From assembly GCF_006345805.1 (NCBI RefSeq), contig NC_043009.1:1674001-1738000 (forward strand): 64,000 nt of DNA, written 5' to 3'. A model generated the notes under the pieces. The model was not told where the DNA came from and made no database searches. It was given only the letters and a program-made list of their open reading frames with translations. Made by a program: the position numbers and the translations under genes. Source of the DNA: Octopus sinensis. Taxonomy: Eukaryota. Below, one piece after another: positions 25,258-37,230 of the stretch. Positions within the stretch are counted from its first letter, which is position 1; each line of letters starts with the position of its first letter.

Positions 25258-25475
25258 ACAAGGGATGCTGAGAAGTTGCTGGTTTTGGGTAAAAAAAAAA
25301 ATACAGGAAGATCAGTTAATCAAGATTTTATTCAACATATTCCCCTCTAAGATTCACACACTTATTGCAGTGGTCCTGCAGTTTTTCTAAGGCCTGTAAA
25401 AGATATTGGAAGGTTGGGCCTCAAACCAGGCATTTTACGATACCCTTAAAGCCAGGAACTCACAGCACCTCTTTG
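25258..25475. mobile_element. Mariner-type MITE
   Basis: Imperfect TIRs CAAGGGATGCTGAGAAGTTGCTGGTTTT / AAAGCCAGGAACTCACAGCACCTCTTTG-TA. Confidence 0.55.
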
Positions 25476-25496
25476 TACACCCACACACATACATAT

Positions 25497-26312
25497 AATG
25501 GTGTGTCCTGACTAAATTTGATGATTTGTTCTTTCGTCAAGAAGCAGCTTTTGATGTTTTGATGAATAGTTAATGGAATTGGAGAGCGTAAAGATTGTAA
25601 CTGAGCAAAAGTTAGCTGAGATGGGCGACTGGAAGTTGTACGAATATTGGGAAAAAGTTACCTGTATCATAATGATTCATGCCAGGTGTCAAAATAACGA
25701 AGTTATGACTGCAGCTCAATGCTCTGTGGACAACTAAAGGCTGTGATACGAACAGTTGCTATGGAGATCCCCAAACCATAACCAGCAGGAAAACACACCA
25801 GAATACAACCAATAAATGGTGAACACGACCTTACGCTTAGTTCAGAGAGATATGGTGAAGCTGATGGAGATTGGTCAGTTTGTAAGCAGGGAGAGTTGTT
25901 GCTGGAAAGCCACATGCATGGCTGCAGGATTTGGCTACATGTCATATATTTTGGAATGAAAAATGGTTGTCAGAGAATTTTAACAACTTCACGAGCCCCA
26001 ATTTCCTATCTCCTATTTCTCCCGATTGTAATCTCATGGATTACTACATGTGGGGTGCAGTTGAGTAAGACACCAACCACTCTGCCTGCAACACCAAAGC
26101 TGAGCTGGAGGCTGAGATCAAGGAGGTGTTTGAAGATCTTAGGAATGCAGGAATGTATGCGCCAGGTTCTGGAGTTGTTTTAAGGCCACGATGGAAGCTG
26201 ATTTGATGGTGGTTACTTAGAGTAAACTGATATTTTTGAAAATACGTTTAATTTTGAATAGGATATTGTATTTTCATTTCCCTTTATGCAAAGGGAGCCT
26301 GAACACCCTGTG
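25497..26312 (+). mobile_element. Degenerate Tc1/mariner-superfamily transposon
   Basis: Fragments WLQDLATCH and SPDCNLMDYYMWGAVE*DTNHSACNTKAELEAEIKEVFEDL; right terminus TGAACACCCTG. Confidence 0.65.
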
Positions 26313-26744
26313 TGAGTGTGTGTGTGCATCTCTCTCTCTCGCTCTTCGTAATGACATTGGGTGATTGTTGTAAATGAATTTCATTTCCAATATTCTGCAA
26401 AAGATGTCTGGTCATGGAGAGAGATTACCTTAATAAGAAACAGGTATGGTTTGGCAACGGGAAGGGACATTCAGCCAGAGAATATCATGTCTGCCTCAGC
26501 AAACTGTCCAACCCAGGAAAGCAAGGACATGAAAATGATAAATGACAATGTATATAAACCTATATACATATACATAGGTGTTGGCTCTGTGGTATGAAGT
26601 TTGTTTCCCAACCACATGGTTCTGGGTTCAGTTCCACTGCATGGCATTTTGGGCAGGTGTCTTCTACTAAAGCCTCAGGCTAACCAAAGCCTTGTGAATG
26701 GATTTGGTAGACAGAAACTGAAAGAAGCCTGTTGTATCATTTAC

Positions 26745-27115
26745 TCTTTTACTGGTTTCAGTCATTTGACTGTGGCTATGCTGGAGCACCGCTTTTAGTC
26801 GAGCAAATCGACCACAAGACTTATTCTTTGTAAGCCAAGTACTCATTCTATTGGTCTCTTTTGACGAACTGCTAAGTTATAGTGACGTAAACACACCAGC
26901 ATCGGTTGTCAAGCGATGTTGGGGGGCCAAACACAGATACACAAACATATACACACACATACATACATATATAAGACGGGCTTCTTTCAGTTTCCGTCTA
27001 CCAAATCCACTCACAAGGCTTTGGTCGGCCCTGCCCAAGGTGCCACATAGCGGGACTGAACCCGAAACCATGTGGTTGGTAAGCAAGCTACTTACCACAC
27101 AGCCACTCCTGCACC
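26745..27115 (-). mobile_element. SINE family 1, young copy, tail adjoining a + strand head at 26575-26725
   Basis: Near-consensus reverse complement of 4310-4692. Confidence 0.8.
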
Positions 27116-28485
27116 TATATTTATTTATATATATATATATATATATAATAAATGAAAAAATATATGGTAATTAAACAAACAATTTATACTGAGTGTGTAA
27201 GTTTTCATTTATTAAGTAATGGAACGCAACATGCACCGAATTTATATATATATATATATATTTATGTATGTATGTATATATGTATGTATATATGTGTATA
27301 TATCTGCAAGTATACCTGTGTCTGTCCACCACAACACAACTTGACAACTGGCGTTGGTGTGTTTACATCCCTGTAACTTAGCGGTTTGGCAAAAGAGAGT
27401 GATAGAATAAGTACTAGGCTTACAGAAAATAAGTCCTGGGATTGATTTCTTTGAGTAAAAAAAATCCCTCTAAGGCAGTGCTCTAGCATGGCCACAGCCA
27501 AATAACTGAAACAAGTAAAAGAATACGAGAGAGAGAGAGAGTTACATATACAAACTAAGTCTTGTACCATCCTATCTTACAATCATACCATTCTGTCGAA
27601 ATGGCCTTGCCACAGTTGAACAATCAACTGTACAACTTGGATGGGTGGATTTTATTTTTAGATCGGCTCATTTGTGGCTTCAGATAAACTGCTTGGGGCA
27701 ATATTATATGCAGAAAATAAAGCATAGCCTCTGCACACCACACACACACACACACATATATTTAGATATGTATGTATACACTCTTGCATACAAAAATCTA
27801 CCTGTGTGTATATATAGATATATACACAAACACTAACTGAAATACAAACACCAATATACATGCATCTACATATACACCTATACATTTTCATACATACACA
27901 GATATACACACATGTATACATATATACACATATCTACATATACACACACTTACACCCAAGCATCTACAGACATATATACCTATACACACACATACATCAA
28001 TCTAAACTTGAATATATATATATTATACACACACTCACATATATACACAAACACACACATACACAAGCGCACACACACACACATATATATATATATATAC
28101 ACACGCACAAATATTCATGCACTTGTATATAGTCATACACGGGTGTTGGGATAACACTAAGGTTTATAGAGAAAAAAAAAAAACAGCAACATTCCAGAAC
28201 CATTTTCTTCAGAGTGAAAATATTTGCTTTCATTTCTTTTGTTTCTCTCAAAGCCAAATCCTCGGATCTTTTTGCAGCAACATGATATATAAACTTAACC
28301 AGACATGGGTGTATAGTACGAAGTTTGCTTCCCAATCACATGGTCCCAGGTTCAGTCCCACTGTGTGGCACCTTGGGCAAATGTTTTCTACTCTAGCCTT
28401 GGGCTGACCAAAGCCTTGTGAGTAGAGTTGGTAGACGGAATTTAAAAAGCCTGTCGTATACATACATACACACATATACATCTCC

Positions 28486-28520
<35 letters not shown>

Positions 28521-28620
28521 CACTTTATTTGTGAATTAAGGCTACAATTGGTTTCATGTTAAGAAAAGTAGGAAATTATCTTAGTATCTTAATTTTTCAA
28601 GCCAATCACATGGAGAAAAA

Positions 28621-29010
28621 TGTTCACCTGTAGACAACAACTGTCTTGAGAAAAAACCCAATGGAATACCAAAGATGTATATTGGAATGATGGGAAACTT
28701 GTTCAAAGGAAGGTATGTGCAAGACCTTGCATCATTCAGAGACAAAAACAAAAAAATATGCAGCATCCCTATCAAATATAATATGGACATTGAAAGAAGG
28801 TAGAATAAGCAAGCCCCAGATAGAATGGAAAATCACTGCTAAAGCCAAAAAATACAGAGGACCGGGGTACCAAATGTGAAATCAAAATTTTACTGAAAAA
28901 TTAATTATACAATTAACAGACAACATCTTAAATATTAGGGACGAAACCTTCTCCCCCTGCATAGATAAGCAATATTTTACACTCAAATACTTTAAAGAAT
29001 ACCCGCCCCC
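28621..29010 (+). pseudogene. Second PLE GIY-YIG endonuclease relic (not in ORF track)
   Basis: CSPVDNNCLEK..MYIGMMGNLFKGRYVQDLASFRDK / YAASLSNIIWTLKEGRISKPQIEWKITAKAKKY / EKLIIQLTDNILNIRDETFSPC; same motif order as 11614-12070. Confidence 0.8.
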
Positions 29011-29334
29011 CCCCCTTATAAATGAGGGAGCCCTTCATATACGTGAACATACATAGCACACAAACTTCACACAACAAAGAAGAAATAAGTCATAAACTCC
29101 ACACAAAGAAGAAATAAGTCTCAATGAGTTACAACCTCAACTAAAAGGACAAAAAACCATTCCCAGAACAAAAAGAAACAAATAATGCAAAAAAAAAAAA
29201 ATGAAGAAATTTATCGTAAAGACAAATCCAAAGGATACAAACTCAAAAAAATGCCTTTTAGAGTAACAACCCTTGATTGTTTCCTTTATATGACTTTCTG
29301 ACAAAATTCGCCCCTCTGGCCAATAAGTGATGAG

Positions 29335-29640
29335 GAGTTGGTGACCTTCTCTGTCAGTTTTTTATTTACATTATTTACATTTGACGGATATTTGTCCTCA
29401 TCTTGTTTGTTGTTAACACAATGTTTTGGCTGATATACCCTCCAGCCTTCATCAGGTGTCTTGGGGAAATTTTTCGAACCTGGGTTCTCATTCCTAAGGT
29501 AAGGTGTCTTCCAAAGGTGTCCCCAAGACACCTGAAGAGGGCTGGAGGGTCTATCAGCCGAAACATTGTGTTAACAACAAATAAGATGAGGACAAAATAT
29601 CCGTCGAATGTAAATAACTCCTCATTTCTTAAATATAGAA
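29335..29640. mobile_element. Divergent inverted pair of hammerhead-bearing pLTR-like units (family C)
   Basis: 29362-29465 is the reverse complement of 29521-29618; both contain GACAC-CTGA(T/A)GA-N-GGCTG..CAGCC-(G/A)AAA-CA-TT-GTGTT. Confidence 0.75.
29527..29572 (+). ncRNA. Minimal type I hammerhead motif (family C)
   Basis: Stem I GACAC/GTGTT, CTGAAGA, 5-bp stem II GGCTG/CAGCC, GAAA, vestigial stem III (ACAT, inferred ancestral palindrome ACGT). Confidence 0.6.
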
Positions 29641-29665
29641 TTGTTTTCCATTTGTCTTTTTTTTA

Positions 29666-29810
<145 letters not shown>

Positions 29811-29899
29811 TGTTTTGTAAACAACTTGCACAAGCACACAAATACAAAACGAGGTGGAAAAAAGAAATACTCAAATAACAAAGGAAGTGCAAATATAAT

Positions 29900-30086
29900 T
29901 TTTATTAAAGCTGCAAAAATCTTCACAAACTCTTACTCAGAGTTTCACGTTCCCGTTCGTCGGACAGTTGTGATGAATACTGCATTAAAATGGTCAATTT
30001 TAATTTAGTATTCATCACAACTGCCCGACGAACAGGAATGTAAACTCTGAGTAAGAGTTTGTGAAGATTTTGCAGCTTTAATAAAA
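29900..30086. mobile_element. ~187-bp near-perfect fold-back element (MITE-like)
   Basis: TTTTATTAAAGCTGCAAAA...ATTAAAAT-ggtca-ATTTTAAT...TTTTGCAGCTTTAATAAAA; partial second copy at ~23112-23180. Confidence 0.75.
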
Positions 30087-30092
30087 GCATGT

Positions 30093-30465
30093 GCAGGAGT
30101 GGCTGTGTGGTAAGTAGCTTGCTTACCAACCACATGGTTCCGGGTTCATTCTCACTGCGTGGCACCTTGGGCAAGTGTCTTCTACTATAGCCTTGGGCCG
30201 ACCGAAGCCTTGTGAGTGGATTTGGTAGACGGAAACTGAAAGAAGCCTGTCATATATGTGTGTATGTGTGTGTCTATCCCCCCAACATCGCTTGACAACC
30301 GGTGCTGGTGTGTTTACATCCCCATAAGTTAGCAGTTCGGCAAATGAGACCGATAGAATAAGTACTAGGTTTACAAAGAATAAGTCATGGGATCGATTTG
30401 CTTGACTAAAGGCAGTGCTCCAGCATGGCCACAGTCAAATGACTGAAACAAGTAAAAGAGTAAAA
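30093..30465 (+). mobile_element. SINE family 1, full length
   Basis: Head GCAGGAGTGGCTGTGTGGTAAG, tail GGCAGTGCTCCAGCATGGCCACAGTCAAATGACTGAAACAAGTAAAAGA. Confidence 0.85.
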
Positions 30466-31493
30466 TATATATATACATATGCCATTACACAAATGTATAC
30501 ACAACATGTGCACATGCTGAGACCAAGGCATTCATTACATACATTTAAATGCTTGGAAGTATAGAGAGGTAGATAGATATAGATACATGTATGTATATAC
30601 TCGTGTATTTATATACACGTAGACGAAAGCTTCAAGTCCTCCCATTAAATTTACTTGAAGAAGAAACCAAAAAACAATGGAACTCATTCTTCCTCAAGAA
30701 AGAACAGTCCGGTCTTTGATAACCTTCTACTAGCCACCCACCAGTATCATTCTGAATGGTTCTGCTTCTTCCAAACTGCCAGATAAGATAATATAATGGT
30801 TTTTTTATAAATGCATGAAAGATGACATTCTTTAAAGTTGCAGAAGTAGGAGTGGAAAAATGCAGCGTTGTATCATTCATGCCCTTCACAGTGTATTGTG
30901 AGTGAAGACATATCTGTGTGGTTACGAAGTTCACTTCGTAATCATGTGGTTCTGAGTTCTGCCAGTTTGCCGTCTTTGAGTCAACAAATATTATCATCAC
31001 TCATTGATCTTCCATGCTGGCATGGTTTGAAAGGTTCGACAAGTACCAGGGCTGGATTAAGACCTAAAGAGGCCTTAAGCACTTCAAAGATTTTGGTACC
31101 GCACCCCTGTATATATGTAATTCAAAATATAAACAGTTACAAACTATAAAATGATTTTTCTTTTTTTAAATGAAACAAAACTAACAGTCGATGGAAAATA
31201 ATGTTTTTATATTAGAAAAGTTTTCTTGCTTTTAATTGCGAAGTCTTTGATCAGATCCTCACTATGACACGATGAACACTTTGAAACTATTTCCGATCAT
31301 ATAAACTACTTCGAATATTATGTTAGCAAGTTTAACCCTTTTTAGTATTTGAACTAGCCATATCCGGCCCAAATATTGTTTTACGTTCAAACCAACCAGA
31401 TCTAGCCTCTTACACCAACCCTACAATGCCATTCTGAATGCAGTAAATAGTGAACAGGAGTAGAAGTGTGGTCAAGCCCATTGTGCGTATGTA

Positions 31494-32236
31494 TGAGGTG
31501 GTATCAAAAGGTTGCTGGATTAGTTCTGTAGCATGCCAACAGATGGCAGCACATGGTTGCATGTGCAGTGAGAGCAAGCAGGGGCCTTCATATGGCAGTG
31601 TGCTGAGTAACATTGAGCATGCATTGGGGGTGAAGCAAGAGGTTGCACACAAGGCTTCAAGTGGTAGGGTCACTTCAAAAGTGGAAGAACATCCTTAGAA
31701 GATGAGCAATCCAGAAGACCTGCCATAAGCATCCCCCTGGAAATGTGGTATTGTGCATCAAGAATTCAGTCCCCCAGGACCTGACCATCAATCAAAAGTT
31801 CTACGGTAACATTTTGAAGCATTCGAGGGAATATATTCGGTGAAAGCAACTGAATCTGTGAAGCAGAAAGAATTTGGTTTTTTACGACAATGAATCCTCT
31901 GTGAGTTTCTTGCCAAAAACATGGTATCACTTCTCTACCTGCCCTATTCACCTGCGAACTTCTCTCTCTTCTCCAAGATGAAACCACATGCCAATATTGC
32001 AGCTCAAAGGTCGCCATTTTAACACCATTGTTGAGATCCAGAGTGAATAGCAGAAGGTCCTTGACTTGTGTATGGAAAAACAACTTCCAGGTCGGATTCC
32101 AAAAGTGGCAGGATCACTGGGACCAGTGTTTTGTTGCACAAAGGGACTATTTTGAAGGAGACGATACTAAAATTTAGGTAAATCAGTTATTTTTTATTAA
32201 GCATAACTAGTCTGGGATTGTTTTGATACTACCTCG
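31494..32236 (+). mobile_element. Internally deleted mariner element
   Basis: TA-flanked TIRs GAGGTGGTATCAAAA / TTTTGATACTACCTCG; remnants FKSGRTSLEDEQSRRP and PYSP..FSLFSKMK..LKGRHFNTIVEIQSE. Confidence 0.8.
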
Positions 32237-33156
32237 TATGTCAGGTCGGGTCATTCTAGAGCAGGAGTCAAGGAAATTTTTAACCAATTTACCCCCCAAA
32301 ATCATAGATTCTTTGAATTCAAAAGGTTTATTGAATCTATTTATATGGAAAATACAATTATAAATATAAAAAGTATAAAACAAATGCAATAAAATATGGT
32401 GTGACATCTAAATGCATCCATTACATTGGACAGATACAGTGTTGTCAGAAGAAAAATTTCTGGTGTTACACGGGACACAATTTTTATAGAATTTTCCTTA
32501 TGTCTAATGAGTCTTCATTACCCAACAAGAATTTCATTTTTACCGCATTTGAGGCAATTTACCCCAGTTTGAAAATTTCAAAGCTTTGCAGAAATGACAA
32601 TTTGAGTTTAGCGCACCAATTTGGACAGAATTATCATTTTTATATGAATGAGATGGATCATATCTGAAAGCAGCTCCAAGAGTTGTGAAGAACGAATTTG
32701 TACATGTTCTGTTTCTGAGAGCTATTCTAATCACTAAAATGTTGTTTTAATGATTTAGCATTGAGTGCTGCAGCATGGCCTTGGCCGATCTTGGGAAAGT
32801 CTCATCTCCCTTCTCTCTTCTGACTCCATTTTGCATGTGGCAGCATGTGTTTGTTGGTCTTGTGAAAGTCTCATCTCCTTTCTTGAGACTCTCGCCTTTG
32901 CTTTCCTACAATCCTCCTTCCTTTATGCTTGTTTCTGGAGAGATTACATCTTTTCTTTGGAAGCATATTTTTTTCAATATTGTAAACAAAAAATTATGAA
33001 CATAGAAAGAAATTATATATTAATCTCTATTTTTGTAAGCAGTTGTATGTATGTAGTGTGCCTTAATTTTCGTGTGTAAATTAACCACGTAGAAGCACAT
33101 GTATGAACTGCTAATTTAACGGTAAATGCTACAATAATTATTATAAATAAATTTCT

Positions 33157-33205
<49 letters not shown>

Positions 33206-33471
33206 GAGCATTCCGTTGGTTTCAACGACGAGGGTCCCAGCTGATACGATCAACAGAACAGCTTGCTCGTGAAATTAACGTGCAAGTGACTGAGCAATCG
33301 ACAGACACGTGTACCCCTAACGTAGTTCTCAGGGAGATTCAGCGTGACACAGAGTGTGCCAATGTTATTTGGTTTTAATCCAAATGTAATTAATGCACAC
33401 ATACGCTTTGTACTCATAATGGCCTGGCTATTATTCTGTATACGTGACATGCACACAGACATGTTAGGCAA

Positions 33472-33951
33472 GACTTCCTTTTGTACCCCACCAAAAACAC
33501 CCCTTTTTTAATTTAATGTTTTTTTCTACACAAACCCCCGTTTTTGGCTACAGAGAATACGAATCTGCAAAAAGATTGGCAAAAATCAGCATTTTTAAAT
33601 TACCCCCAAATTCATCATTTTCAATTTTTTTCACAAATTTCTTTTTTCAAAATATGTGGAAAAATACGGAGATTATGATTCTGAAAAAATTTTCAAAAAT
33701 TTTTCGACTTAGGGTTAGGGTGTTAGGGCTAGGGTGTTAGGGTTAGGGTTTTAGGCTTAGGGTTTAGAGAAAAAAGTGAAAAATGAAGAATTTAGGTTAG
33801 GATTGGAGTAAGGAGTGGGGGGAATATCAAAATTCCAATTTTTGGCAATTTTCTGGAATCTCCATATCCGAAAACGTGGGTTTTGGGCAAAAATTTTTTT
33901 AAAGAAACAATAATTGGCAAGAAAATGGGGGAGGGGTGACGGGAGGAAGTC
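33472..33951. mobile_element. Degenerate fold-back element with a central (TTAGGG)-like tract
   Basis: Ends GACTTCCT..GTACCCC / GGGGTGAC..AGGAAGTC, inner inverted similarity 33530-33610 vs 33810-33890, TTAGGG-like units at 33709-33766. Confidence 0.55.
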
Positions 33952-34164
33952 TTTCTTTGTTATATCAATAAACCATCTCTAACATTCTACTCGGTTGTGT
34001 CTCTTTTCCCACTGGCATATATGTATTATTCCAGCCTTCCGGATGGAGTCATTGGTTTCACCACGCTTCACCACGACCATCCATAGCTGAATTGAAGACC
34101 AAGTATACAGCACGTGTGGTTATTTGGCAAAAAAAAAAAAACTCGTCCCAAAATATAATAATAT

Positions 34165-34375
34165 CTGTTCTATATTTAAGAGATGAGGAATTATGTACAT
34201 TATTTACAGCTGATGAATATTTGTTCACATCTAATAACAACAGCATCAAAAAATACCATAGGAATGAGAATCCAGGTTCGAAATTTCCGCAAGACACCTG
34301 AAGAAGGCTGGAGGGTATACCAACTGAAACATTGTGTTAACAACAAACAAGATGAGGACAAATATTCATCAAATG
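34165..34375. mobile_element. Family C hammerhead/pLTR-like unit with inverted 3'-end fragment
   Basis: Core CTGAAGA 34298-304, GAAA 34326-29 with degraded stem II; 34165-34235 is the inverted 3' end of the same unit. Confidence 0.65.
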
Positions 34376-35392
34376 GTAGCCCTATCGGATATGCCATCAG
34401 TGACAGAGGCAGTCATGCTTACCAGCTATGGCGACAACACAAAGGTTGCACAGTCAGTCAAGGAAACCTCTGATGCTACGCTCTTACAGAAAGATCTAGA
34501 TGCCATCTATAACATACAATTTAATACAAGTAAATTCCAGGCTCTCCACTACCAGTTAAGCACTGGTCAGGAATTACGACATCAGTGCGTTGGACCAAGT
34601 GGAGCAACGATCCCAGAATCAAATACGGTGCATGATCTTGGAATAGAAATGAGCAACAATGCCTCATTTCACACACATATCAACAAAATGGTAGCAGTAT
34701 CCAGAAGACTGGCCGGTTGGATTCTGAGAACCTTCTGGACAAGGGACCAAGAAACTATGATGACACTATGGAAATCATTTATCCTCAGCCACCTGGACTA
34801 CTGCTCTCAGCTATGGTCCCCTTTTACTACAAGGACAATAGCAGAGCTTGAAGCAGTCCAACGACATTACACAAAGAAAATTGCATCAATGGAACGATTG
34901 AGTTACTCGGACAGGTTGAAAGAGCTGCGATTCTATTCCCTGGAACAAAGTGGGGAGAGGTATGCAGTGATATATATATGGAAGATACTGGAAGGACTGG
35001 TACCAAACTTTAGAATAAAGAGGTATACCAGACCACGAACAGGACGTCACTGTGCTGTCCCCATTGTGCCGACTGCTTCATCTTGGGCAAGGACAATGTA
35101 CTGCAATAGCTTGGGTTTCAAGGGCCCACAGCTGTTTAACTGTCTGCCGAAGCATCTGAGGAGACTCCATGGAGTGGATGTAGACGTTTTCAAACATGAA
35201 CTTGATCTCTGGATCGTCAAGATCCCGGATGAGCTAATATCTAAGCAAGAAACTCAAAAGAGGGCAGTAGCATCAAACTCCATCCTTCACCAAAAGCCGC
35301 TCCGACAAAGGTGGAAAATGGAAAGAGGATTACAATGGCGGTGCTCTAGCATGGCCACAGTCTTTGGACTGAAACATAAAAGAATAAAAGTA
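34376..35392 (+). mobile_element. 5'-truncated CR1-group LINE (RT C-terminal region plus 3' tail)
   Basis: SYGDNTKV (YADD-like)..LQKDLDAI..FNTSK..VHDLGI..HLDYCSQLWSP..LEAVQRHYTK..LSYSDRLKEL..SLE is the typical CR1/L2 RT tail; ends in (TAAAAG)-type repeats. Confidence 0.85.
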
Positions 35393-36576
35393 AATAATGT
35401 ATATAATAATACGTTTCAACACACGATGTCACACCAGGAATCTTACAAAACAGATTCATAAGTATATTTCCGAGAACATATCCAATATCCCTCTCACACT
35501 TTTGTTTTAGGTAAGTAGGATGTAATTCAAAGTGATTTGGCTGCCATTTCTAGCAGGTTGATTAGTCACACAGAGAATGCCTTGTCCTGGTTCTTGCTTT
35601 GTCTATGATTAAGGTGTCTCTGTATGATAACTCCCTCTTCATTCCGTCACTGCACAACTCTTGATACCAACCAAAAATAACCACACAATCAGAAATGACC
35701 CCAAAACGTAAGATCAACCGACCTATTTGGGACTCACTTTAGAGCATGTAACGCACCGGTGAACATCCAGCCGGTGAAATCTCCAACAGATCCCGGGCTA
35801 AAAATAAGCTCCTAAACTAAGCTGTCAAAATATCAAATCTGCCACTTTAACACACCACAAACAAAACAAAGCAACAACAGGGCTGTAACTTTAACAAGCA
35901 GCTGTAGTAACCCTATCCGCAGACCTTCCTCCTCCTCAAGTTTCCTTATTACGTGGCTACTTACTGTAAAAAGGCAACTAGACACTGAAATATTTCATAT
36001 ATAATCTAATCCTTTTACCAACATATATTATACCCCCACTCACCGACATATACACCCACCTTTTTCCCCTTTTCCCTTTCTTCTAACCAGAAACTACCAT
36101 TTAAAAGGAGACAGCGGGTCCTATGTGGTCTGCGTGTGTATGTGAGTGTAACCTTTCGGATTAATATGATGTTCTCCAGCTAAACATCATTTAAATTAGG
36201 TTCAAAGGTCAGGTTTATCGTAGCTCGAAACGCACCACCAGTAGTCACTAATTACAAACCCATGCTGTTGAAGGAGTAGTGGTGGTGGTCGGACTTCCTC
36301 AAGATGCGATGGATTATACTCTACTAATGATGATTAGAGACGTAGCTGTGAGTGAATGCACGTGCGGTTTGGCTGCCATTTCTAGCAGGTTGATTAGTCA
36401 CATAAGATTGCCTTGTCCTGGTTCTTGCTTTGCCTATGATTACAGCGTCATGATTTTTTAATGGCTTTGTGGGGTGACTAGGGAAATGTAAAGATGTGCA
36501 CGACCACCCTTGGACAGTTTTAAATGACCATAGAAAGTGCGAGTCCTCTAACTGAAAAATTGTGGATTTATATAAA

Positions 36577-36620
<44 letters not shown>

Positions 36621-36765
36621 TTTGCCGTTTATATATATAGAGAGAGATTTCTAGATACAAATGAATGCGATTTTCATCAACATGCAAATACACATTAAAA
36701 AAAATAATAATCTGGTGAAAATTCGAAATACTTCAAACGGTCAAATTTAACCAGATTCTCGGCTC

Positions 36766-36932
36766 AGGTGCGGCTGCGTGGTAAGAAGCTGGCTTCCAGA
36801 CCACATGGTTCTGGGTTCAGTTCCACTGCGTGAAACCTTACTTGGACAAATGTCAGCTGTAACCTCGGACCGGCCAAAGCCTTGAGAGTGGATTTGGTAA
36901 ACGGAAACTGAAAGAAGCCCGTCGTATGTATG

Positions 36933-37017
<85 letters not shown>

Positions 37018-37230
37018 TGTCTTTGTGTCTGTTTATCTCCCAGCATCACTCGATAACCGGTGTTGGTGTGCTTACGTCCCCATAACTTAGCAGTTAGGCA
37101 AAATAGGTCGATAGAATAAGTACCAAGCTTTTAAAAGTAAGTCCTGGGATCGATTTGTTCGGCTAAAACCCTTCAAGGCGGTGCTCCAGCATGGCCGCAG
37201 TCAAAAATGACTAGTAAAAAGATAAAAGAT
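36766..37230 (+). mobile_element. SINE family 1 with internal (TA)n
   Basis: Head GGTGCGGCTGCGTGGTAAG, tail GGCGGTGCTCCAGCATGGCCGCAGTC. Confidence 0.8.

Noticed and set aside
33709-33766. True telomere or chromosome-fusion site
   Set aside because: Short, degenerate, single orientation and embedded in an inverted-repeat element.
34036-34090. Minus-strand GGATGG...GAAAC...CCATCC hammerhead-like fold
   Set aside because: No CTGANGA and no stem II.
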